DNA from: Basidiobolus meristosporus CBS 931.73
Lineage: Eukaryota; Fungi; Basidiobolomycota
Assembly: GCA_002104905.1 (NCBI GenBank)
Contig: MCFE01000415.1
Location: 15,419-79,418 of the forward strand
Direction: 5' to 3'
Length of the DNA: 64,000 bases
Shown here: positions 48,152 to 58,871 of the stretch, piece by piece
Layout: every line of letters starts with the position of its first letter
How positions within the stretch are numbered: position 1 is the first letter of the stretch
The notes under the pieces: generated by a model
Databases searched by the model: none
Seen by the model: only the letters and a program-made list of their open reading frames with translations
Told to the model about the DNA's origin: nothing
Made by a program: the position numbers and the translations under genes

Positions 48152-48725
48152 TTCCCACCTGGCTAAATTTTCCTACTGACTAGTTCCAGTTTTGACCAAA
48201 GATATTCAGACTTCTCTTTAGCTAATGGTTTTGTAAATATGTCTGCAATCATTTCATCTATAGGACAGTAAACTAAGCTAACTAAGTTATTCTCTATAGC
48301 TTCACATATGAAATGATGTCTAATATCTATGTGCTCAGTTCTAGCATGAAAAGTTGGATATCTACCTAGTTGTATACATCCTTGATTATCTTGAAATAAA
48401 GTAATAGGCATTTTTGACATAGGCCCAAGTCTGTAAAAAGCTTTCATAACCACATTCCTTCTTTTGTAGCTTCACAGGCTGCCATATACTCTGCCTCTGT
48501 AGTAGAAAGTGCCATGGTTGGTTGCTTTCTTGAATTCCATGAAATTGCTCCTTTAAAGTAAAGAAAGGTGTATCCTGTGCTAGAACTTCTGTCTTCCAAA
48601 ATTTGTCCCCAATCAGCATCAGAGTATCCCACAAGATCCTGTTCTGAATCTTTATAAGTGTATCTTAAGCAGATATCAGCAGTTCCTTTTAGGTATATAA
48701 AAATCTGCTTAACTGCCACAATATG
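47803..48725 (-). mobile_element. Ty1/Copia 3' end (end of RT, RNase H, PPT, 3' LTR)
   Basis: LVGYSDADW, STTEAEYMA, DNQG-I-L, HARTEHIDIRHHF, ADIFTKPL. Confidence 0.92.
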
Positions 48726-49380
48726 ATCAGATTAGGGAGGGGGGGAAAGTCACCATGGTAGGTGAAATCTTTAGGGGGGGAGACAGTCACCAACAGGTGA
48801 AATCTTTATTTCAGTTGAAACAAAGAAGCCAGTGCTACTGTTGCAGCTTTGATACAAGAGTGTGTAGCTGAGGGGAACTTGTAGGTAAGTTAACAAGAAG
48901 TGATGATAGTTCTTCAGTGCTCAAGATACTGTTCAGTGGGAAGGGGGGTAGCAAGAGAGGTAAGGGTCAGGGGGGATGATAATCACCACAGGGTGAAATC
49001 TTTATTTAAATCATAAATAAAGAAGCCAAATTTGAATATGAATAATTGAGATGCAGTAAGCCTACAAGATAAACTTGGACTTTGCTGTATCCCAAATATC
49101 CTCAATACTGAAGTCTAGTGGAGAATGTAGCAAAACTGCCTGTTCACTGTAGTATTTCTTTAGGAAGTTTGTGACTTGAAGGGAAGGAGAGTTTTTCAAC
49201 AAGCTGGTAAACCTTTTGAGGAGTTCTTAGGGTGTAGGTGTTATAGTAAGGGCTAGGAAAAGGTTAGAAGAGCAGGGGGTCTGGGGGATGCAGACCCCTA
49301 GAGAATAAAAAAGCAGGGGGTTTGGGGGATGCAATCCACCATACTGCTCCCATACTCTTTAAATTCCCTTTGAATTACTT
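48726..49380 (-). mobile_element. Stack of 5'-truncated LINE 3' tails
   Basis: 48773-48963 is nearly identical to 61531-61720; three repeats of the AATAAAGAT-TCACC..GGTGA-(C)n-TAA tail motif. Confidence 0.75.
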
Positions 49381-49861
49381 TTATCTCATTCTTGGTTCTG
49401 GTCCCTTAGGGTTAGAAGTCCTCCTCCTAACCCTTATCACCCTAACCATAAATATTTTTACCCTACAATTGGCACATTGTTTGCTCATATAGTGGGCATG
49501 TCTGGGCCAATATTTGTCTCCCTATACTGTCCATATGCTCTGTATAAGTCTTGATGACTATTTAATTAATAAATTGTTACTTTTAATATATATCTAATAA
49601 TTAATGGGATTCATCCCAATCTGGCCACAATCCCATATTTTGATCAGCTTTGGGCACCATAAATTGCGCAGCCCTAATATGATAAAAATACTCATGGCCA
49701 ATACAAATTTTCAGTAACCCAATTGCTTTTACCAAATATAAAGTGTATCCCAAAGTTCAATATATATTATGGCTATAATAGAAACTTTATTTGACACCAT
49801 TGCAACTACTACTTATGTTCTATGCGCACATGTATCCTGCGGGAATTGTAAAACTTAGCCA

Positions 49862-50262
49862 TGTGGTACAAAAGTGCTTTTATTTTTCATCATGATAGTT
49901 TTATATGAGTTCCTAATGCACTTTGAAAGTACGCAGTAGCCATACCCCAACAGGTTTTAAGGATGTCCACTAGCTACATCTACTTGTGTCTAGCAGGAGC
50001 CATCTATCATCAGCTGCGCAATACTGAAATGCTTTTATTTTTCATCATGCTAGTTTTGTATGAATCCCTAACGCACTTTCATAGTGCATGGTAACCATAC
50101 CCCAACAGGTTTTAAGGATACCCACTTGCTATGTTTACTTGTGTCTAGTGGGAGTCATCAATCATCAGCCATGCGGTAATAAAGTGCTTTTATTTTTCAT
50201 TATGAGAGTTTTACATGAGTGCCTAACGCACTTTTATAGTGCGTGGTAACCATACCCCCAGA
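49862..50262. repeat. 155-bp tandem repeat, ~2.6 copies
   Basis: GCTTTTATTTTTCAT anchors at 49876, 50031 and 50186 (period 155). Confidence 0.9.
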
Positions 50263-52888
50263 AAGTAGTGTGGATGCTTACTTTAAACGCTCACTTGTGT
50301 ATTGTATGGACTATCAACAAACAGCCGCATGGGAATGAAACATCATAGAAAAGCATTGCTTTGTTGTTAGCAAGTATGGATGTGCAAATAGTGGTACTAT
50401 GTGAATTATTGAGTAACTATTTACTCTAGTTGGTTCCAAGATATTCCTAGACAATATGCTCAAAATCAATATTAGCATCAATAGCTTGCTCTTTGATCAC
50501 CAAACCACCGCACCCAATATGCAGTGGCCTTGGTTTTGTCTAGCTGTTGAGGAATGAAACCAGAGTACAGTCACAAGAGTGGCAAAAGTGAAATGTGATG
50601 AAGTAAGTGTATATGAAAGTAATATAAATCTACAGGACAGAAGAGAACAACTAGTAGTTAAACAGCACTCACTGACACTCCACCAAGTAGAGCACCAACA
50701 TGGACAATAAACAAGTCATGAGCGGAAAGCTTAAGGACTGCTACTTGGGGATCAAGACCAAAAGAGGAAGCTGCCTCTACCATAGCAGTCCTTGTGCTCC
50801 AAAGGAAGACCAAGAGTATACTATAGACAAAGATTGCAGCAAGAAGAGCAGTACAATTACCAGTTCTGGTAGTGGTACCTTTGGAAGTCCCAAATACCTG
50901 GAGAAAACTTGGAAAAAATTGGCAGATGACTCAGTTGTCCTGAAGAGAAAACAAACCAATGTGATTGAGCAGTTCCAAAACAAACTTCAGCTTAGTTCTT
51001 CTTTGCCTCACTATAAAGTACTCCAAGTGGCTTATTTGGATTATAAGCGTATGAAGGAGAATCAGGCAGAGACTAATAAATTAAGTGATAGTCAATTGCA
51101 TCATTTCTTAGATCAGGTAGAGAAACAGTAGCACAGCCAAGAGATGGAACAAGAATTGACAATTGCAGAAACCAAATAATTTTGCCAATGTAGTTTTGCA
51201 TTCTAATAAAATAAAAGGGTGCTAATAAGAACAGAATAAAGTTAACTTATGTGTACATCAAATGATTCAAATACTGGCTAGAAGGAAGTTATGTAGGAGC
51301 AAGAAGCTCAGTAACCTCAAAGGAAAGATTTGATGAATGGGCCACCCATCATCCAAATGAGTATAAAAGTGGAGAAAGTAGACATAATCCTTCATAAAAA
51401 ACAAGAAGCATGGAAGCAGACAGTAGCCAGGTAGATGCCAGGAGTGAAGGTAGAGTACAAAGAGAGCAAGGAAAGGGACAAGGATGTGGAACCGGGTGCA
51501 GAAGAGGAAGAGGGCAAGGAAGTGGCCAAATCCAAGTGGAGCATGAAGGAGTTGTTGCAGCAAACGTGAATGATGCTGAGCAAGTTGCTGTAGTCACTAC
51601 CAGGCGGCCGGTCAACCAAGTTTCCCAAGCATTGTCAGAGGTTTGACAAGAGCTTCCAGAATATAGGACAACATCTCACCATGAGATATTGCGACGTATG
51701 TGCCAGGAGATTAAACAGAGGAGGGGTGATATTGTAAAGCTAAATTGGGATATTGCTGGACTTCAAGCCCAGATTGATTTCAGTTTCCACCATTCTACTG
51801 AGGCATTAGTGGCACAAATGGTGGAAAAGTTTGCCTGCATCAGGGCAAGCAATGAGCAAGATGCATCTTCCAACCCAGGTGTACTTGCAAGCAACAGTAT
51901 TGGAGGGGATACTACTTCCTCCCTTGGACCTACCACAAGCCAAGAGACAAGAGCAGAATCCTCCACAACAATGAGAATGGCCCCCACACAGGTTGATGTG
52001 GAAGTGTGCAAAGAAGACGTGGAGAAGCAGAGTGGGGATACTATAGGCCAACCAGAAACTGTAATGGAGGCGGAGAGACCAAGTCATATTGTCATCTTAA
52101 AAATATCACAGGTTGATTCACTGCTATCACTTCCCCCACCATCACTAGACTTGTTCCATCGTACCGTGCCAGGGCGTGCGGCGCGATCCGCGGTTGCAAA
52201 GAACAATTGGGCGCAATATTATAGCTACCAGAAGGCAGGATCATTCTTGGACAATTTCGCACTATGCGGGACGATCTTGCACACTATGGCACAATCTGAC
52301 ACGATGAGGTTGGCGCGGATGATTGCGCCAACTCGTAATGCTTGCATCACGTGCGCGATCGGATACCGCTATAATAGCAGGTAAAATCCGGTATTTGGAT
52401 ATGTTTCTTTAATGTAAATGGAAATAAATGTGTATCACACTACAAACTACACTGATACTTACCATTTTGGTTACCCTCACTCCAATTGGACGGTATCTCA
52501 GTGGTTAATTGGTCCAAAAGTATCCTGAAGCTGGCAGCCCCCAATTGGCTCATTGACTACTGAAAAAGCTACCTGATTTTCCATCAAATATCCCATTTTG
52601 CCCATTGAGCAAGTAAATCCCTGATCCTAGTGATTGGGCAAGGTGTCATAGCTAGTACGCAAGCAATCGTGTAGGTGCGAAACAGATCCAATAGCTGCAC
52701 TGGTATTACAGATGACGTATATATATGCAGGGTGTTTATTTATAGGGGTTCTGTCTCAAATGTGAGATGACCTTGATATTACTTATATCAAAAATTTGAT
52801 GATCACTGATTTGCGATGGCTCGATTTGGATCGCAAAAAAAAGGGTTGTTGGGATCATTACGAATGTGAGCGATTCAAAGCGATTGCA

Positions 52889-54160
52889 TCATCTTCTCCT
52901 GGGTTTTTTTCTCACAGGGATTACTACTGAAGCATTTGGTAGTGACTCACTTTGCACACCTATACTACTTCCTGGCTGACTATCATCTTGGCTACTTGTG
53001 TATTTGTAGTCAGTATTTTGCCTCCTAGTTGATGAGTGCGATGCTGCAGCTTGGCTGCGCTGAATTGCTCCAACTGAACCAACTGGACCAACTGAACCGG
53101 CCTGTAGTGCCACGCGCTGACGCGTTCTTTTACTTGCCAAGGGCTCCGGTGGTTGAGTCACTTCATGTTGGTCATCATCAGTCAGTTCACCAGAAGTAAC
53201 TTGCTGATGGTCAGGCAAAACGGCACGCGCAGGCGCGCCTTGACGCGTTGAGATGGCCCTTGGCTGAGTTTGATGTGATGCTGCATGTTGACGCGACTTG
53301 GTCCGCTCCAATGGACTTGTGTCTAAATGAGCAGTTTGGCGAGTTCTGGTAGTTTTGCTCTGAAGCGCGCACGTTGACCCGATGCGCGTTGACTCAATGC
53401 GCGTTGACTCAACGCGGGGCGTTCTGGTAAAGGGTGTTGGCGTGGTCTGGACTGACGTGCGCCGGCGCGCTGTGGTTGCAAGAGATGGTAGGGAATCCAG
53501 CAAGGCGTGCTGGCGCAATCTGGACGATGTTGCTTGCGGTCTGTATTCTTCCTCCTGAAGCTCACCATCTGATTCCTCAAGGTATTCACCTACCCTCTGT
53601 CTGATACTTTGGAGCTGTTGCCTGGATGAGTCCTGTGTATATTGCTCTTGGAAGCCACTTAGCTCTACTAATATATCACGTAGTACATTAGTCATTTGAG
53701 GCAAAAACTCATTCAAAATCTCTTTGGTTCCCAAAGTTGAGGCACAAACAGACGCGTCCGGCCCGTACTGTGCAAATTGCGCGCAAAATCGTTCCCGCGC
53801 AGCTTCCATGTCAAATCCCCTCACTCTCAGCTCATTCTTGATTTCAATACTTGTCTTGTTATATATCTTTTTACATACATTGGCTGGCATCTTGATGTAG
53901 AACTCATGCCACAGCTTTCTACTTAAATTCTTCCATCTTTGTCAACTCTCTGAGGTATCTAGTTCTGCTAGATTAATCAGTAGTGCCCAAATATCTGTAT
54001 GAAGGCTCATCATAGACACTTGGGCCATACTAAAATCATTTGGCGAGAACTTGAACGGATCCGACATTGACTTTTCCGGTCCGGACCGCGCTTGTGAGCT
54101 AGGGGATGGGTTTTGTCTGGGTTGTACTAAAGATGAGTTGAGGCTTGGTATGGGGACCAT
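52889..54160 (-). pseudogene. Harbinger ORF2 (Myb/SANT-like W...RWKNL segment plus disordered tail); one premature TGA at 53942-53944
   Basis: 53942-54160 and 52889-53890 are in one frame, separated by TGA where copy A has CAA. Confidence 0.75.
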
Positions 54161-54519
54161 AGCAACGGATTTGGATACTTATACAGCAGTATATTGGCAT
54201 CAACCTGGTCTTATATGAAATATATATGAAAACTAAAGTGATTGTTGAATTTTCCATATATTATGCATGATGCATCTTGGATTGCGTTGACACGGATCAG
54301 ATCACATCAATTGCAGATTTCCTATTTGATTATAGACCTATGATTAAAGCATCAATAAAAGTACCAAGGCATTGTTTGCGGATGATTTTTGCAACATAAT
54401 GATGGGATACATGGCAATTGATGGAGATTTAACCATAATGTGTTAAAAATCAGATAAATAACGCAGATCGCGCCGAAACGATTCAAACCGCCTCCATACA
54501 ATCATCCATCAATTTTAAT

Positions 54520-55404
54520 ATGACTTACTCATCTGAATGGTCTTTTCTCATCAATCCCATCACTACCACTGGATTTCCTTTTGACACACTGGAGGAGATC
54601 TATTCCAAGTACTGTGGACCATCAACCCCAATCTACTCAAGGATATCCCTTGTTAAGCTTCTCTGCTATTACAAGAACTATTGCCCTACAAGGTTTCATC
54701 CCACCATCCATGGCAACAAAAGTCCTAGAAGCTTTCATTCCCAGCTGACAGCAATGGAGAACCACCTTGCAGAAGGTATGAATGACTTAGAGCAAGCTTG
54801 GAATACTAGGTTCAGAAGCTCCAATAGACTTCCATATCCCAGAGTGTTCAGCAACAGGTTCCATATCAGGAGTATTTTGGATACCTTCCCAGTGAGAATT
54901 AACAGACCTTCTAGAGGGCAGAGGCACTTTTATTCTGGCAAGTACAAGGCACACTGTGTGAAGTTTCAAGCACTGTCTGACATTGAGGGTAACATCATCT
55001 GGTTTAGTGGGCCATTTGCTGGAAGTAGGCATGACAAAGCACTCTGGGTAGAGAATCATCCTGAATTCAGTAGAGGGGAGAAATGTATGGCAGACTTGGC
55101 CTATATAGGAGAGGATGGTCAGAGATTAGGATGTATTACAGCTTATAGGAAGCCAAGGAATGGTGTGCTTAGCAGGAAGCAGAAGCTCTACAATGAGATA
55201 TTTAATCATCTCAGAGTAAGGGTAGAGCACACATTTGGATATCTGAAGAGATTCAGCATATTGGCAGGTAAATACAGAGGAAAGTCATATATAGGAGAAA
55301 ACAGCAGAATAGGTAAAATAGTTAAGATACTTATCAGTGCACAGTATGTTCATACAAGAAGACATCCACTGAGAGAAATGTGTCTGGAGCATTATGAAGA
55401 GTAA
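54520..55404 (+). CDS. DDE_Tnp_4-family transposase (294 aa), catalytic D-D-E apparently intact
   Basis: LDTFP, YSGKYKAHCVKFQ, GSRHD, MADLAYIG, YNEIFNHLRVRVEHTFGYLKRFSIL. Confidence 0.92.
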   Translation: MTYSSEWSFLINPITTTGFPFDTLEEIYSKYCGPSTPIYSRISLVKLLCYYKNYCPTRFHPTIHGNKSPRSFHSQLTAMENHLAEGMNDLEQAWNTRFRSSNRLPYPRVFSNRFHIRSILDTFPVRINRPSRGQRHFYSGKYKAHCVKFQALSDIEGNIIWFSGPFAGSRHDKALWVENHPEFSRGEKCMADLAYIGEDGQRLGCITAYRKPRNGVLSRKQKLYNEIFNHLRVRVEHTFGYLKRFSILAGKYRGKSYIGENSRIGKIVKILISAQYVHTRRHPLREMCLEHYEE

Positions 55405-55799
55405 ATAAAGCAAGGAAAGCACTATTCTGAGCAACATAAGTAAGATTGAGTAAAATTACCAGTAACTGTATCATACCACTGGCATCATGGTAGAAATTAT
55501 AGTGCCAGATAGTGCCGTAGAGTGCCAGATCAATCCGGCACTATAAACCGGCTGGCACTATGTGGCACTATCCAACGGAACAAGTCTACTATCTGTGCCC
55601 CCATCACCACCGCCATCCTCTGGCTAACTTGAGTAAATAAAGAGTTTCCACCATCCCAAATCAATGAATTGACAAGTGATAAGTTGAACTGATAATATTG
55701 ACAATTTACAGACTAATATATGTAAAGTATGTAGTACTTAAGAGCTTTCAAGTTGTGGTGTATTATCAAGTATTCACTGTCACATAAATCACACAGCAG

Positions 55800-58636
55800 T
55801 TGTTGTATCACTTTCCCAATGGCATTAGAAGCCAGCAGTCACAAGGAGCATTGGAAAATTTTGGCGTTTACCTGGCAACGGTGGCAGGTGTAACAAAACG
55901 CAGCTATTGCTTGATGACCATTACCCCATCTATGAGATACTTGCTATTATATGGAGGGTATTCTGTTGAGCACTTTCAAGACAGCAAAATATCCCCGCCT
56001 TATGATGAGCGTAGAGCTGAAGAAACATCCAGCTGTGGAATAATCTATGAGCCCAGCTCAAAGGTTCAAATGATTCACCTTGCAGATCTACATGGTGATG
56101 AAGACATCACAGTGACAGTCCTCCCAACTCCGGACAACATATCAACTACAGAGGCAGCCAAAGGGGTGATTTTAATTGGCAACAGCTGTGCTGGTGACCA
56201 TGAGAATCTCTACATATATGGTGGTTCTGAGCTGAGAATACTCAGGGCAACATGAAAGTGCAAAAAAACGGGGGAAAAAGCAATACAAAGCAAGAGTGGG
56301 GAGACAATTTATAGCAGACTGAGCAAGCTGGAGGTAATCATGTACAAAGATGGCAATGGATGCTCCAGAGTATTGGAGACAAGGCCATTCTTGAATAATC
56401 TGGCAAATATGCCTTCAGCAAGAGGTTGGGCAGTTCTTATGTATGCATTTGATTGCTTATTCTTGCTGGGCGGCTATCCTACACCATTGGAACCACCTTA
56501 TACTCAACCAAATGGGAGTTTTTTAAACAAGTTCTACTGTTTAAAATTGCAAACTGGTGATTGGGAAGCACAACATGTACACTCAGCAATACAGGAGCTT
56601 GGAGAAAACTTTATTGCTGTGGTAAATGAGTATGGCAACCAAATCCAATACATCAACAATGCAAATGTTACATATACCTATGATGTTAATAATCAGATCT
56701 GGATTTACCCTCCCAATCCAAGTCAGTAAGAAATGAGTACAAAGCAGCTACTAGGGCGCATTCTTAATGAATTGGCAGCAATCTCTCAGCGGCACAAGAG
56801 GGAAGGCAAAGGAAGTGCTGAGACTGAAAATATCTTGCAGCATAGTGCCCATGGTCTTACTGTCCCACTTAAGAACCATCAAGCATTTGGCGTACAATGA
56901 CTGATGTATACACAGGCCATCCATAAAGGAGCATTGCTTGCCAATTCCATGGGACTTGGGAAGACATTGCAGATATTAAGTCTCATATTGGAGACACCTG
57001 AGCAAAGGCCAAATCTTATTGTTATCACGCTTGGAATACTTCTCAATTGGGTAATGAAGATAAAGACAAAAACAAGGATATCCAATGAAGAGCTTCATGT
57101 ATTTCATTGAAAATTCCAAGCTATCAAGAAGTCAGATATGGAGACTAAGAGGATTGTGCTCACCACCTACCACACACTATGTGTTGAAGCAAGGAACCCT
57201 GATTCACCTATATGGAGTGTGAAATTTGGCCAAATAGTGGCCAATGAGGCAGATACACTTAAGAACTACAAAGGTGGTAGCTTAAACTCAGTGAGCAAAA
57301 TTGATGGAGAATCCTTGATACTTGTCACTGCCACCCCATTCCAAAATGAGATTATGGATCTTTAATCATTATCACATTATTCAAGCTATGGGAAGGCATT
57401 CCAAAGGATTTCCATCAACTCCTACTTGAGGAGGCCAATGCAAACAGGCTAGTTGAATGGGTTGCAGAAAGACTTGGCCCATTAACATTGAGACGCGTTC
57501 CAGAGTTGCAAATATTTGGAGAATGTGCAGTATCCATGCCTAGTATTCAAGAGCAGATTGTCTTGTGCTAATTCTTGCCGGAGGAGCTGCAGGAGTACAA
57601 ACAACTGGAGTCAAGTCTTCCAGAGGAAGTTGGTTGGATGGGTGCAAATACCTATCTGCATCTGTACCCATGACATCCATATATGTATACCTGGAGCAGG
57701 AAGAGGAATTGACTGAAAAAAGTGGCTGATGCTAGCATTGTCCAAGATGTTGAGATGAGTGAGGATGATTTTCTACCTGAGATTGATGAGGATCTTGAGG
57801 CGGTTGTGGCTGAGGTTGAGGAGCAGCTTCAAGAGATTAATAGCAAAGAGGTTGACAGCTCATCCAACGTTCCATCTACTTCTGCACCAACTGCCATACG
57901 CACCAAAGATGCCCCTACAATTGCCCAAAGTGGGCTTGCATTAGAGGACTCCAACAGGGTATTTATCCAAGATTTCCTCACTGGTGTAACCAACAACACT
58001 GTGAACAAGCATAGTGGCAAAACTCAGAAAATCATGGAAATCCTGCTTGAAATCCAAGAAAATAAGGAGCACACACGTGTTATTATTTTTTCTGGGTTTA
58101 ATCTGATGCTTGACATAGTGGCTTACCATTTGAGGGAGCAGAGCATTGGACATCTGAAGATTACCAGTTCCACCCCAGTTTGGATACAAATGAGCAGTAT
58201 AGATACATTTGCATTGCCAGTTCCGGAGGGCAAGATTTGTGTGTTACTGATCAACATCAAGTGTTGCGCATTTGGATTAAATTTGCAGATGGCATCAGCA
58301 GTGATCATTGCCAACAATTGGTGGAATCCCTATGTAGAAATCCAAGCAAAGGCCAGAGTTTGGAGGGTGAATCAACCAAATAATGTTTCTAGTTACCAGT
58401 TAGTTATGCAAGATTCCATTGAAGCTCAGGGTGTAATTGACAGTCAAGCTTGTAAGATTGGCTTATTTGGCCAGATTGCGCATACATTGGTAGATGAAGC
58501 ATCCAAAGTACCAATTTTGTTACAACTTCAAGAGCAAGATGATCAGTACTTGAGCCAATTACATGAAGCGCAAGGGGGTGGATCTCTGATGCACAAAGAT
58601 GAAGAGGAGGTTGACAAGACAACAGATGAGGAGTAA
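55800..58636 (+). pseudogene. Intronless Kelch-repeat + SNF2-family ATPase fusion gene, decayed
   Basis: Kelch-like LLLYGG, LYIYGG, LFLLGG. SNF2 LKNHQAFGV, LLANSMGLGKT, IVLTTY, VANEAD, VTATP-QN, VIIFS, GLNL--AS-VI---WWNP--E-QA--RV-R. 56340-57365 is one frame with point stops. Confidence 0.82.
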
Positions 58637-58871
58637 ATAGGGGTTGCAATGCACCAGGAATCAAGTATGCCAGACTTGAGGTAGTAGTAGCTACTATTGG
58701 TAAATAAACAATGAGACTAATCTTTTTGTACAAGAAGGGTGGGAGAGGGAGAAGGAGAGGGAGAGAGAAAAGTCAGAGTGGTACGGTCTAAATAAAAAAG
58801 GGTGCAAGAGTTTTATGGTGATGAAGATAAACATGCATTTGGTGCTGTGTGGTGGTGTTTGGATCCATTGG

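Larger units (their letters stand above)
52147..55587. mobile_element. Complete PIF/Harbinger (PHIS)-type DNA transposon, copy B (3,441 bp), two divergent ORFs
   Basis: TIR AGACTTGTTCC...GGAACAAGTCT; ACT duplicated at 52144-46 and 55588-90 (a TA duplication with GACTTG termini also fits); subterminal AGTGCC/GGCACT repeats. Confidence 0.92.
50700..55638 (+). pseudogene. Degenerate unknown gene, interrupted near its 3' end by the Harbinger element
   Basis: One frame through ~51250-52146 is open except for TGA/TAA stops; the empty site restores ...PPPSLSVPPSPPPSSG*. Confidence 0.5.

Noticed and set aside
51689-52384. 231-aa ORF as an intact gene
   Set aside because: Chimeric: the frame runs from the interrupted gene into the Harbinger left end at 52147.
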